This document shows, piece after piece, positions 32,118 through 47,448 of a stretch of DNA of 64,000 nucleotides. How positions within the stretch are numbered: position 1 is the first letter of the stretch; each line of letters opens with the position of its first letter. Under the pieces are notes generated by a model. That model saw only the letters and a program-made list of their open reading frames with translations, had not been told where the DNA came from and ran no database searches. The translations under genes were made by a program, and so were the position numbers. Source of the DNA: Chrysomallon squamiferum (lineage: Eukaryota; Animalia; Mollusca). The stretch covers positions 31,992,001 to 32,056,000 of the forward strand of contig CM022672.1 of assembly GCA_012295275.1 (NCBI GenBank), read 5' to 3'.

Positions 32118-35100
32118 TGAACAAGCCGTTATCTCTTTCCCCTCTTCCAGAATCTCTGTTCAGCTTGTTATTGAAACACGTGTTAGTGATAACACACCTA
32201 CTAATCTTAGCCAGCTTACGAAATAAATAAATAAATAAATAAATAAAAAAGTAAACAGAAAATAAACAAATAAACAAAGAAATAAATGGAAGAAAGAAAT
32301 TAAAAATAAGTAAATAAACATATTAATAAACAACAAGCAAGCAAAAAGATGACAAAATATAAAGAAATAAGCAAGCAAATAAATAAATAAATAAATAAAT
32401 AACAAGAACAATAATAATAAAAACAGTAACAAAAGCAGAAATAATTACTGAACAAGGAAAAATAGTAATATTACTTTTATTATATTTCTAAATAAAAAGT
32501 AACAGCAGTGCGAAAAATAATAAAAGTACTGAATCACTGAGCTATTAACTAACCGCCTCATTAAACTGAAAACACGTTATCTATATATTTGTCTTCACAG
32601 ACTCCACAATTTCAGTCAAAATATATAAACCTGTTAAGGTAAAAAAATAATAATAAAAAATAAAAAACAAAAATAAAGTAAATATCATCTCGATGTTCAT
32701 TTCATAAAATTTGTTGGAACCTGGAAGAAAAACAATATTTTAAGTAGGTAAAGTTACTAAAAAGTAAAATCTACCGTAATAACCTTAATAATAATTTGTA
32801 CGCTAAACTTTGATATGGGGGATGGCTTAATCTATAGTCGAAAGAGAATTAAATGTATACATCCAGGAACGGATTAAAAAATGCATAAGAAAAACTTGTA
32901 TTACAGAAACAGTTTGTATTATAGACGCTATTTATACCTCTTACAATAAGTGTGAAGCATATTTTAGTTACTTGTTCTACTCGTAGATGCCAATAAGGCA
33001 TGTACGAATTGTAGGTAAGCCTATGTCACACTTTGCTATATGTCACTCTTTGCTAAATGTACTAACGAGCTATCAGGTGGTCAGTTTTGAGACAAACAAC
33101 TCAGTTGAATCATGGTTGCCAGCTTACAATTTGTATTTGTTACTGAAAATGATATTCATGGCACTCTAAGAAATTTTGCTCGAATGCTGAATTAAAAATA
33201 AACTAAACTTAATATCTCAGTAACTAATTTTCAAAACTTGACTTATTTTTGCTTGAAGTGTAGATTAGCTCAGTCAGAGAAAATATCTACAATGGCCAGA
33301 TGATAAGTAACGTTTGATTGCAGTCAAGTGACAGCAAGTATAAAGCTAAGAATACTATTTTGTGTTTCTCTTATCACTTATCACACCAGTGCCTTCAGTT
33401 GTCTTTTGTTTGATGATTTCAGACAGCTCCCCATAATTAACACAAACTTTAATTTTCTGCTCCATTTCTTTTATAATATTTATCTATAAACAAAAGCTTG
33501 AGTTCTCAGATTTAATCTTGTTTGGTCTCGGGGATCTTTTAGGGAGAAATTTTATAATAGTGTTTAACTTTTTAATAAATAGAAAGCTGTAACAGTCTGT
33601 GTTTCAGCAGTGTTCATTTTAATGTATTTTAAATACAAAAATCTCGTGCACAACAAAAATAAAGAAAAGACTTTCAAATATGTACAGAAAAAAAGAAAGA
33701 AAGAAAGAAAAATTCTTTCCAAGGAACTGATCAATTAAAATGAAACACTTCTTAAACCAAGTATGTTCCACATGGCATTCACATCACATGTGAATTAAAC
33801 AAAATTAATATGAAAAGACCTACCAATCCATATTAATGCATATTTCTGTAAAGGTGACAAGCAGGAATGGTGTTTAAGAGTTCCAAACAACTTTGTTATT
33901 AATTTTATGAACCAACTTTTTACCTGTGAAACAACAAACAAATCAGGTATGTAGCTGATGTATTAAAATTATTTGAAATTCAGATTACCTTGCCAGTCAT
34001 TCTGTATTCTTTGTAATGCCAATATAGGTATCTGAAGCAATGAAATTCCTTTGGACAAAACATTCCTTCATATTTAACAAGATACTGCTAATAAGAAAAT
34101 AAGCTTCAGATTATTCATGCCTTCAAACAGGATCTAATATCTTAATATAAGTAGAAGCAATGTTTGTTATTATGTTCAGCTCTGTTTCTAACATATTAAA
34201 AACTGGGAATTTAAAAAATAATTGAAAACAAATAATTTAAAATCAAACTGTCTTAAATAAAATAATAAGAAAATGCAGTGGAATTTTGAACATGTAAATG
34301 TGTAAGGAAAACAATAAAAATTCTTCATACCTAAGAAATGGAGCATAAAATAAATATGGAGATCACTGGTCACACATCAATTTCATAAAATCAAGTATGC
34401 CATACAAAATATACACAATATAAAGGCAACAGAATTAACATGTTCCCAGACATATTTTTAAAACTCTTGTTCAGTCTTAAATTTCAAAGACCAAAACTGT
34501 TTACCTTTACAATGCATAACATGTCTTATAGAGCATCAACTGCAACAACTTAAAACTGATGATTTACACAAATATTATTTTAAAAAAAATTTCATTTTTT
34601 TTTGTTTTTAAATGTTAATTATCATCGTATACAGTTCCACTAGTCTTTGGTGCTCTCAGATTTGCATGGACTAAATAAAGGGTCCAGAAATACTGTCTGC
34701 AGTCAAGTGAAATTGTCACAAGAGCATTTATATTAATTTAAAATTACACTGAAAATGTGCCTCTGATGGTGGAAATAAATAGCCTAAATGCTTTTGCTGT
34801 ATATCTACATGGTTATTTATTTACTTTTTAACATTAACATCTGCAAATAAAATGAGGATGCACAAAGTAACATGTTCTCTTCTATCATAAAGTTATTTTC
34901 CACACTGGGTTACTAATAATATCATTAACTAATAAGAGAATTATAAAGTAACAGTATAGCCATAAAGTTCATTAAATAATTAATTAATTATGTAACTGGT
35001 CATATTTTACAGTTTTGCCACAAAACTTTCAGTGGGATTTTAGAAGTATAAACGTTTTGTAAAGATATTTTAATAACTATTTCATTAACATTATTTCTCG

Positions 35101-36180
35101 ATCAAAGAAATTGTCATTACTGGCCCTATTTTTCTCAAGTTGATTTCCCCATCCTATTAGATTATTGGTCCTAATCACTAACCACTGAACGTGCACAGGA
35201 AACAAAAGAAAGATAATAATCTCTAAGCCATCTCTAAAACACGTGTCTCAGATCTGCAGTGAACTATCAAATTTATTCTGTACTCACGTATTTCTTTTGT
35301 TTTCTTTATTTTAGCATACTAATTCATCTACTCTTACTTCTATATTATTTATTTATTTATATCTATGTTTTACCTTACTTATTATCAGCATCAAATCAAG
35401 AGTATAATAAGTATTTACTTGATTTGTGCAGTGATGTGTAGCATTTCTTTGCCTTCTTTGTTCGTATGAGTAAGAAAGGCGATTTTTAAAAATATATTTA
35501 TATGTTGTATTTCAACACACACAGACCTATACACCCACGTAAGTAGAGTTGTTGCTACTGTTCTTGTTACGTTAAAACTCATGTGTATGTGTGTGAAAGT
35601 GATTTGTAAGCTATTTTAGAAAGATGACGTGAAAATAAATATGTTTAGCACTGCAAACATCACATCTCTCAGCATATAGTATTGGAGAAGTGAAATCAAA
35701 TCGAACATTAAATAAATGAATAAATAAATACATAAAGAAATAAAGAAATAATAAATAAGCAAAATAAAAGAAAATGAAACAAAAAATAAATAATAAAAAT
35801 AATAATAACAATAAGAACAGTAAAAGCAACAACACAAAAATAACAACTGTAATAATAACGGCTTGAGGCTCCCTAGAGACATAATCTGTAAGTACAGACA
35901 AAACAAATCTTCTTATTTAACGTGAATGCATTCCGTTCTAACCACTGTCTCACGACATGTGGATCAAATAATTATTATTGTGTTTCTTTTTATTCACAGA
36001 GTGTAAAATATAAATATAGTTTTGTTGCTACTGATATGACGGTGACGTGTAGGGCGCCTGTAAGCAACATTCTATCATTACAGAATTTTTGTCTCTTATA
36101 AAACAAAATAAGTAGCGTTAGTCATTAATTATTCATAATTATTTTCTAAACAGCGAAGACAGGACCTTAATTGATGCAGG

Positions 36181-36256
<76 letters not shown>

Positions 36257-36729
36257 CACCAAATAATATGTTGTTTTCTAATCTTTGTTCTAAATAAATA
36301 AATAAATAAAATCATTTGCAATAGTATTCAAGTAAAATATCATTAATTAATAAGAGAATTATATAGTATTGGTAGTAATAGTAATGACAGTATAGCCATA
36401 CAATTTATTAAACCATTAATTAATTATGTAACCGGTCATATTTTACAGTTTTGTCACAAAACTTTCAGTCAGATCATACCAGAAGAAAAGTTTTGTAAAG
36501 TTATTTTAATGACTAGTTCATTAACGTTATTTCTCGATCTAAGAAATTGTCAATACATTTAACATTATAATGTTTTCAGCGTTGCTGTTGGATCTATATT
36601 TGTCTAAAGTTTTAAACAATGAAGAAATATTACAAGCGATATATATATATATATTGTATCTTCCTCTTTATCTTATTATTTGGTGGATTATTTGCTGCTG
36701 TTATTTCTGAATTGTAATGTTTTAGTGAA

Positions 36730-37400
36730 GCAGATGAGATCATTACATTCTCTGTGAACAAACATGCTTTATTTTGCGGATTTCAATTGTACGGTTACGT
36801 GAACCTCGAAGTTAGCGTCTTTGCCAGTGACTCAAGAACAGACAAAATACTGGACGAGTCTACACTGACACAACGATATGAACTCGTCGTGTTCAGACGT
36901 GCAGTGAATATTACTAAGACGCTGAATACAGCTTCTGTGTTAATATTAACGGGGCTACACGTGGCGTGGAGCTGATGATGAATCAGAAATCGTTGTAGAC
37001 TTTTGTTTGTAGATGTACATACAGTGACAGTCGACTTTGTGCAGATATGACACACGGACAAATACATGCTTTGCTATTCTTAGTATAAAAAACAACATCG
37101 TTCAAATATTGTCAGTTTTAGTCATCAATTATTTTTTTATTTGTTTTCTGTTTATTTATTTATTTATTTAATTTTTTGCGTTTGGAATTTGTGAAGACGT
37201 CAGGCAGCAGTGAGGACGTCATACACACTTTGTTTAATTTGGGACTTCTTTCTATGGATTGTTTTGTGTCATACATGTAAAATCAATATAAACATCTCAT
37301 TGTTTTATTATTTATTTATTTATTTGATATTTGTTTATTCATTTATATTTAATACTTTTTTCAGTTTGTATATGAAACATAATATGTAGATAAATTATAA
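36730..37400 (+). pseudogene. Older degenerate relic of the PHR-coding end and 3' UTR of the same BTB gene family (copy 4)
   Basis: Reads ITFSVNKHALFCGFQLYG, SRTDKILDESTLTQRYE, VFRRAVNITK and GQIHALLFLV-TAA, followed by AAAACAACATCGTTCAAA and a 3' UTR matching 10890-11200. Multiple indels; no BTB/BACK exon seen upstream. Confidence 0.85.
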
Positions 37401-37635
37401 AAGTGTTTGTAATTATATTACACATGAGAGTATTAACTATTTATGCATCTTTGTTCTCGAAGATATCTATCTATCTATCTATCTCTCTATCTAATACATC
37501 CGCTATTTCAACTGATCCCATAAATAATATAGAAAATGAATTTCGACTTGCAGCATCTTAAACTTGAGCTTTTTGTGAGCGGGGCGGAAGAATACTGCGT
37601 TATGCGGCGTTTGTTTGGGAGAGATGGGTCCCAGT

Positions 37636-38731
37636 CAGATCCGAGTTAAGCAACTGCGGGTCCTGTAGTAAAATATATCATAGGCCCCTACTATTGGCTA
37701 GTTACAGAAGTAACCACCCCTTCCCCCAGTTCAATTCACGGCCACTATTATCATAGCTTTACATACAACATAAACGCACCTTAATGTTTGAATAGTCAGT
37801 CAGATGTATCGTCGAAACAAAGGGAATCTTGCCAACAGTATCGGAAACTAGTGTAAATGTCTTTAAACTGTAATTTAACTGTATGTATGCCCCGAAAACA
37901 TGGGTCAAAGTTATAGCCACTAGACATGTGTGATTCAAACTCAGATTAAGTTTAAATATCGCGTCTTCGAGATTTTATATGAACAGGTTATTTTATATCG
38001 GAAGTAGTGTCAATCGTTCTGAAACGTCGCATTCGGTGTTCATCAACGTCAGCATATTTAAACGTTTTTCTCCCATCGTCTTTCTTTGTGTAGTTTTTAT
38101 GCGGCGCAATTTGGAAAACGAGTGTTCCTCCGTGCAGTTTGTAATCACCAAACACAAATGCATGCGTAGCATTATTTCAATATTAGATAACATGATTGCA
38201 TGTTGTGATCGCTGATGAGACGGTATATCAGCAGCTCCAATGTCTCGTCGCCTGTCATCGCCGTGCTGTCCTCATCATCAGCTGCAGCATCTGACTGAGA
38301 AGCACTCGGATCAGAAGTGCCACGAACTGTAGAAGTTCGTTTGTTACATTGGCCTGGAAATCATTTTGATACGTGTTAATGAGAGCCAGCGCCGATTTTG
38401 ACAGATGTTCGTTGGATACTGACCGTAAATGTCGGAAGAATCCAAACTTGTTACTGATTTCCTCATCTGCTTGCAAACGTTTCTTCAGTATTTGCGAGAA
38501 AGCAACTAATGAACTAGGTGTGGTTCACTGGCTAGTCAGAAAAGCAAATTTCAACAACAAAACTGTTCATAAACGTACATCTACACGAAAAAAATACCAA
38601 AGGCTATAGTCAAAAGGCTGTAGCTGATACCCAGCTTTTTGATTAAACAAAAAACCCAAACACCTGAAAGCCTCTGAAAGCGCGGGGCCCGTACCATTTT
38701 CTACATCTGCTACGTTGTAAATCCGGCACTG
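37636..38731 (-). mobile_element. Internally deleted hAT DNA transposon (ZMYM1-like/Tip100-type transposase C-terminus)
   Basis: NIEIMLRMHLCLVITNCTEEHSFSKLRRIKTTQRKTMGEKRLNMLTLMNTE matches the hATC dimerisation domain, with upstream KFGFF..LINTYQNDF..ELLQF. One end reads CAGTGCCGGATTTA from 38731 with a subterminal GGGCCCC; the opposite end near 37636 is degenerate. Confidence 0.82.
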
Positions 38732-38741
38732 AACACACACG

Positions 38742-38835
<94 letters not shown>

Positions 38836-39262
38836 GACAAAAAAACCTACCTTATCTATAAAAAGTGTTTCTCTTACTATTTTTGGTTAATGAATCTCTC
38901 AGATCCTTGTATATAATTACGTATCTCAGGAAAATGTAATAAATACATATTCTTAATGGAAAATAACTTCACTGATTCAATGTTAGGACACTGAAAGGCT
39001 TAATCATCATATACTGAAGAGGTGGGAAACATATTTAAAACATCAATCAAAATTAGGTTTATCTTTTCTTAAATTTATTATTTTATGTTGAACAGAAATA
39101 TTATTTTATTACATCAATTTTCTGGAACCCTTTGAAAAATGTTCCACATTATTCTTTTTGTCACATTAATAATAAATTAACAAAAACTCCTCTGACCAGT
39201 GTCTGATGACTCTAAAGCACACAGACATATTTTTAAATTAAACTAATATTTGTATGTATGTA

Positions 39263-39318
<56 letters not shown>

Positions 39319-40789
39319 CATACATATATAAAGACAAATTATTGATGCAGCCTGTAATAAAACTGTATTATTTAACTTTATATATATATATATTAAAAGG
39401 TTAACAGTGCAGAAGTTCACATCAACTCCAAGCACCAAACAGTATCAGTGACAGTTGTTGTCTCCTCGCGGTGCTGCAGTCTGGTATTTTTTCCCAATCT
39501 ACACATCATTCTGTGACACATGAGATTTTAAAGTTGAGTGTGTTTCTCTTAGGCTGACATTTTCACTTCTGTTTTGACAGCATAAAGAAAAAACCCTGAC
39601 AGACTGAGTAAATGTTTATATCTCTTACTGACTAGATAAAATGGGTGAAATCTGTTTTGTTTTTCAGTTATAGAAATACAAATAAATAAATATATGTAAT
39701 CAAATTTTATTTACTTTTCTTAAAACAAACGGTTTAAACTAGTCTGTAATTTTTTTTCTCTCTATGTTATGGACATTTCGTGCACTCAACCTGAATCAGA
39801 AAATTCAAATAATTTTGTACAGCTACTAATATATAAGAATTTGTAATGTTTATTAAGTTTCGGTTTATGTACCAAAACCAAATAAATAAAAATATTCCTC
39901 ATCTTAGGATGTTTGATAATGCTAGCTAAAGATATTAAATTAAAAACAGAATACAAAATAATTCGAAATGTTTATTTCAACAAGAAAACAAGTTAATATC
40001 AAAAATACTTTTTCATATAAAAAGCATAATTTTAGAAAAATGTAATAAAAGTCCTTAATTAAAAATTTAGAAAAGCATTTTATAAAATATTATTGAACTT
40101 TCAAATTAAGAGTTTTAAAATGTTTTATAAGATTTTTAAGATGACAGCCAAGGGTGCTGTAAAATATAAAAATACCAAGATTTCTGATCTATCCAACAAA
40201 AGTATAATAATAAAACATTCAAAATGAAAAAAATATAAAAAATGCCAAGGCATTTGTTTAGAAAAAAGTTAGAGGCTTAATAAATAACTTGTAATCTGAA
40301 AATTGTTTATTAAGAAAATGTCTAATTTCTGATTTTATCTTCCAAAAAACTTAAAATTATCTATTTCCATTTTATGTTTTATTAAGATAAGTTTATTGGC
40401 TAAATCTTTACCAGAAGTCTTGGTGTTCTTTGTTATTTTATATTTGGTATAGATAATTCAGTAGATTTAAAAAATAAAATAAAATAAGAAATAAAAAAAA
40501 TAAAACAGAACAATTAAATTATCTCCCCTGGACCAAACATCTTTATATAAAATGTGTACTTTTTTTTTTAAACCTGTAATCAAGTATTTCTAACATAAAT
40601 CATTTTCAAAAATTAAAGTTTTTTTTTTTTTCACAGATCTGACTGAAGGTGGTGCTGTGTCTGGTCCTAACATTAGGTGTATATTGGTCTGTATGTAACT
40701 ACATCTTCCAATCTGAAACCACAGTTTCAGTTTTATAAATTATCCAGTAAGTGTAGTCTATGTTTTTAAACTTTTGTTAGGTGTGAATT

Positions 40790-42598
40790 TTTCTAGAAGT
40801 TCTCAGTATTCTTCAAGCATTCAAGCATTTTTATTTTTGTGTGGAGATATTTCCATTCTATTTCTTCTGCTTCCTTAGTTCAGTATGATCAGAAAACTTG
40901 AAAAACTTGGAGGCAAACTCAAGAAGCCATTTAGAATGAACAGATGATTATCATTAACACTTCTCATTATAAACAACCCTGAAAATTTAAAACAAAAGTA
41001 AATGTGTTTTTATTAAAACTAAAATAATATTCAGAATTGTATAAAAAAAGTTTACCTCTTAATGTGGATTATACAATTTGACATGTAAAATGAACACTAG
41101 ATAAAATTCAAATCTGATGTTTTGTGACTTAATAGTAGAGAACTGTGCTAAGAAGTAACAGATTTTTGTATCAATCTTGAGTTTGGGAGTCTGTTACTGG
41201 TGTATTAAAAAATGTACACTGAAAATTGAACATAAAAATTGCTGTCTTAATTAACAGTGAAAAGGTAAAGGGTTTTTCTCTCACTGTCATTATCAAAAAT
41301 AATAATTATAATCTGAACCAGACCATTTAAAATTATTTTTCACACTTCATGGTTACCGAAAGGCTGAGGGAAAAAAGTTTATTAAAATTTGTGAGAGATA
41401 CTTTTACATTTATTTACCAGTCAAGCAGACAGTTAAACTAACATGATGTGAAGAATCTGCTGTAAATAGATTTCTGTACTCTGTGTACAACACCAGCTTG
41501 TGTCCAAAAAATCAGACATGACATTCATACATTTAAAACAAAAATGTCAGTAATAGTATTACAAATGTAATGTACATACACTTTACTTACCAATCACTCA
41601 GCCTGTTAAAACAGCACTGATGTAAAACATCTGATTGTCTGTAACTGTCCTGTGATTTCTTTGATGTAAGAATCTGCTGTAAATAGATTTCTGTACTCTG
41701 TGGTGATTCTGACATAACATCCAGCTTGTTTCTGAAAATAAAACATTAATTGTACATTTTTGTAGAACAACCATAACAATTTTATGTCTTCATTTGAATT
41801 TGGAGTGATGTTTTCAACTAATATATATGTAGAGCGAAATAAAATTTAACTAAAATAAAATAAAGTCAAACTGTATTTACTAAAATATTTCTTGTTGTTC
41901 CTGTACTTTTTATTATCTGTGAATGTGTTTGTTTAAAACAAATTTGAACAAATCAAGTCAGAACCTTTAAGTATGAATCTAATAATTTTAAAAATAAAAT
42001 ATACATATTTTTTTTTTTTTTTTTTTTTACATTTTTAAATTGATAACAAATACAATCTAAAATCTTTATCTTATTCTTAATTTTTAAATTTAAACTTTCT
42101 AAAATGCATGTTCAATTGACTATTTCCTCTTACAGCTATGTTATCACAGTTGGTAAATCAATGACAAAGTCTGTATTTACAAATAAACAATAAAATTATA
42201 TCTAATAATATTAATATTAAAACATTCTCAGATGAAATTAAGTAATTTATTATTTTGAAGTTTATAAAATCTGGTAGTAAACTGAATTACCTGTCCATTG
42301 TACCCAGCATCTGTTTACAAACATGTTGAGTACATCTGAGTGTCTGAGTCTGTACAAATTTCTCTTAACAGTCAGGACTGGAGAAGTGTCTGTTCTTCAC
42401 TGAACTGTGCACTACACACATGGTCAAGTGGTCATCCTTGGCCTGAAGGAACCTGGCCTTTTTTCTAAACAGAAAGAGCTTGTTTATCCTGTAAAGTCAT
42501 AAATTACATTTATGATTGATAAACCTTAACAATGAAATGAGTTAACTAAAAAATTGTAACATTTATTACTGATAACTCTAATAAATAAAATTATAGTT

Positions 42599-42637
<39 letters not shown>

Positions 42638-43252
42638 ATAAAATTTATCATTGGTAATCTCTGGAAACAAAAACAAATTACTATTTAAATATCACCTAAA
42701 ATATTAGAATAACAAATTATTTAGTCAGAATAAATTGATTTTGCTGAGATTTTTCTGTATTTTATTATTGTTCATAATAACCAACAAAAAGGAAAATGAA
42801 AGCTTCAAGTTTTTTTTCAGTTTAGTGACAAAACTTTCATTGTGTCAAACATTTTTCTTAAAAAAGATTATTTCCCATAAATATAAAAAAAAAAAAAAAA
42901 AAAAAATCTTTAGGATGGAGGAAAAATAATTTATTTTATTCATGAATAATTTTACTTCTTTCTGTTTTTAAAAACAATAAATTCATTTCCTTGTATGTAT
43001 TTTTTTTCATCTTCAATACAAAAGATGTTTTATGTAAAATTTGTTTAATAATAATTTTGGATGTTTAATGTTATAATAGCTTAATCATATCTGTGATACC
43101 AATACAAAAAATGAATTTCAAACCTCTGGTCTGTATAAAACATTCTGCACAGACAACACAGACACAACTGTGACAATTCCAGAACTACAGGCCAAGTGAA
43201 ATGACATGACAAACATCTTGGACAATATGGACTCCAGTGGAAATTCAACCAT
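40790..43252 (-). pseudogene. DHX8: Second (inverted) copy of the DHX8/PRP22 3' pseudogene fragment
   Basis: Reverse complement of 18343-20830, with first exon 43252-43124 and last exon starting 40978. It shares the TAA stop in the second exon and adds a CAG>TAG change. Confidence 0.88.
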
Positions 43253-44288
43253 CTGTAAATACAAAATAAATATATAACAAATATACATGATTAATAGTTG
43301 TAAAAGATTTTACAACAACAACAACAACAACAACAACAATAATAACAAGAACAATAACAACTGTATTTTACTTCAAAATATCAGCATGATAAATATATAT
43401 AAAACAATGTTTTTCACACACAACAAAATTTTAAATACATTTTTAAATATACCTATCCACTTCATAACAGCTAGTATATTAAAAATGTGTATATACATAT
43501 ATAGTTTTAAATATTACTTTGCGAAATATATATATAGGCCTATATTGTATAATATACACTACAGTTATACTGTATACTCTGTAATACACTTAAACACTAA
43601 TACAGGGCAGCGGGCTTGAAATGGCCAAAGATCCGTTTGGGCGACTTGACCTGTTTATCTATAAGTTATAATTCAAGAGCCACTATTAATTACTTTATCT
43701 CAAATATTTATTGCACATAAAAGGTTTGCTCGTAGTTCGATAAATTGGACGTACTGGCTTATCTTATTTTGCCAATATTTTTTTATAAACACTAACTGTG
43801 AACGCCGGATATGCATGTGGTTAACTGTAGTCTTGATAAACAAAACCGCGAGTCTCGCTGATTCAGTAGCGTTAAAACTGGTCGTGACCATTCGGATCAT
43901 TCCGAACCTTCCCGAATGCCGTCTTAGCTTCTGTCGTCTGCGACAGTAGAGAGGAAACCACACCATAATCTCAAACCACGAGTAATTTCAACAAATTTTG
44001 TAATCAAGAGATAAACACATTAATAACTTGTTAAATACTAAAAACCAGCAGGTTCACGAGTGAACTGTTTTTACTTTAAATAGTTATAAAGTTAAATTTT
44101 GTTATTTTAAATATAGTAAATAAATAAGCAATAATAGGGCTGTTTCAATAGTTATTAGATTGAAAAGAAAAGTGATTTGTTGTATTTACTTTCTATTATA
44201 TATGTTTTTCATAAATATTTGCTTTCTTTCTTTTCATTTTTTTTTTTTTTTTTATTTATTTTTATTTATTTATTTATTTATTTTTTTT

Positions 44289-44332
<44 letters not shown>

Positions 44333-44899
44333 CAAATTTGTAATACTGTTTAACTGTTATTCCTGGATAATATATCTCAGTTCAGAAATATATTGTTTCT
44401 GGAGTTTATTAATTTCAAAATCAATGTTAATAAAATTTTATTTTGAAAATGAATGATAGTTTTGATCTACTGGATGAAGTATTGGATCCTTAGATAAAGT
44501 TTATTTCATGTTACGATATTATTTTTAGATAAATCTTTTGCTTTTTGTCAGTTCTCAAGTATTACTCTACAAATCAATGACTGTACATTTTGCAGTCAAC
44601 TGAAATGTGTTCTAACTGTAAAAGCTGCAGTGGACTGAATTCTGATATTTTCTTTCTTATGATTGAGATTTTTTAATGGATCTTTGAAAAATTCATTTTA
44701 TCTCATTGACGATCACAAAGTTAACAATCATACAAATTAAATAATCTACTATAGTCTTATATAATCACAAAACACACTATTCTAGATTCATAAACAGACA
44801 TTTACAAAATTCATTTATGATATTTACTAACCTTTGTATTCTTTTCTTAACACTGTATCCTAATAATTAAAATATTTAGGATTACAACTAAAGTAATAC

Positions 44900-44941
<42 letters not shown>

Positions 44942-45467
44942 AAAAAAAAAAAAAAACACCATTAATATTACAGGTTTACATAAATACCTTAAAGGTTAAC
45001 TGCTTAAACTGAATAATAAAGTTTAACAAAGTAGGTAACCAAATACATTGAACTCTTCACATGAGAGACAACACATTTCCTGAGAATTCACTTCATTTGT
45101 TATCACAGTCAGTATATGTCATCCAGTCACAGATACATATTTATTGTGTAGTTCACAGAATATGAGAGGAAAAAAACAAATCACACCAAAAAACACTGGC
45201 CCCTACATGACACTCATATAATAGCATATATAAACATAATGTTACATATAAATAATACAGCGATATAAATTAACAGTCTTTACTAAAACTGATGGTTTTG
45301 CAAGTATATAAACATCCATTCCACCCTCGAAAACAAGCACGTTCTACAACCCTCAGCCCGACACACACTTACATTCACATACACAAACATCACTACACGT
45401 ATCACACAACACTAATTAACTGAATATGTTTGTTACATGTTATATCTCATCATGGAAATAAAACATT

Positions 45468-45598
45468 TACCAGAGCCTCGGAAAGACGGCCCTAAGAAAT
45501 GAAATTTTTGTTTGCGCTTTTTAGCCACATTCTTGTTCAACGTTTGACGCTTCTTTTAACGTTGTTTACTGCAAGAAGGACAACAACAAATGTTATGA

Positions 45599-45655
<57 letters not shown>

Positions 45656-45721
45656 TTAAAATAACTGAAGAAAAAAAAAAAAAAAAACAGATAGGGGAAG
45701 CAAGAAAAAGAAACAAAATGA

Positions 45722-45752
<31 letters not shown>

Positions 45753-46060
45753 AATTAAGGTTTCTATCCGATACAGCCTTGTATTTGCTTGCACAAGGAA
45801 ATAAAAGGTTTTATTTATTTATTTATTTATTTTATTTTATTTTGTTTCGATTTTGTGTCAGGTAAATTCTTACTTTGAAAATATTATGAACCTTTAACAC
45901 CAAGCCTCCCAAACTTTAAATGGCGCGAAAAAGGGAAATTTAAATGTAAAAAAAAATTACCACGTGTGTTTCGTCTGATCGCTGATTGGTTGATGCTGAA
46001 GTAATATAACTGACATCTGCAATTCTCGCGGAAAAAATAACTGAGCTGGCGGGAAAAAAA
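45468..46060 (-). promoter_or_regulatory. Inverted copy of the E2F/NF-Y promoter and exons
   Basis: Reverse complement of 15536-16130 (GGCGCGAAAA ~45922, ATTGG ~45985, GGCGGGAAAA ~46048). Confidence 0.58.
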
Positions 46061-46358
46061 TGTCTCTCCTGTTGATTTTCTTCATTTTACAAAAAGAAAA
46101 ACAAAAATTGTAATTCCACGGTACAGAAAAAAAAAAAAAAAAAAGTAAATAATAATTAAAACAAACAAATAGAAAAAAGAAACGCTATTAGATGAATCTA
46201 TTGCTCATTATTAATAACGAAATGTACAAAAAAACAAAACGAAACAATAAAAATAACGATTGAGACAATAATGATAAATAGAATAAAAGAAAAATAGAAA
46301 AAAAGTAATACCACGATCAAAAAAAACAATATAATAACAACATCAACAACAGCATAAA

Positions 46359-46432
<74 letters not shown>

Positions 46433-46518
46433 GCTCATTGAAAAATCAGTGTAGGTTAAAATCCCCCAGCAGCCAATATTCCACATATAAAATTTCTGTA
46501 CCCGTCCTCTCGCTCTCT

Positions 46519-46593
<75 letters not shown>

Positions 46594-47350
46594 TCTTTTT
46601 CTTTCACATACAAATACGTCTCCTGTTTCACCATTGAACGCACACCCATAATCTCTCACATGCACACATACAAACATGTCCCGGTGACCGAACGGTAACA
46701 TCCTCCGCCTTCGGAGGGCGGGCGAATGGGTGCCATACGTTCTAGTGAAATACACACATACACCTATAAGCATAGACCTATAAACACACATACAAACAGA
46801 TGTGTGTCACACACTTGCTCAGTTACACACTCACTCATGCTTTAACGTTCGCATACATTTCAAATAAAGGTGAATAGTATATACACTGTGTAACTTTAAG
46901 AAAGGGAGATAAGTAAGGAACCAACTAAGAAAAAAAAATACGAGTAATTATATTTTGCAACGATTTTGTTTTGTTTTAACAGTAACACGCTCGCACACAA
47001 TGAAACACCGACACACAAAAAAAACACACACAGCGACACACAAACACAAACTGATACATACAAATACACACAACAACACACACAACATACAAATACACAC
47101 AAACACACACACAAGTACACAGTGACATACGCAAATGCGTGCGCCTTTCCTCTTCTTATAATTTATTTCTTGATCAGAAGCGTTTCTGTAAAAAAACATG
47201 CTTGTCCAAGAAGGTTATTTTAATTTAAATCTGATAATATATTAACAAAAGTGATAGGTTTACTTACACATTACCCTCAGTCACTGCATTATAATTCTGT
47301 AAAGTGTAAAATAGATTAAAAGTAAATTCATTTTAATAAAAAGGACAGCA

Positions 47351-47448
<98 letters not shown>

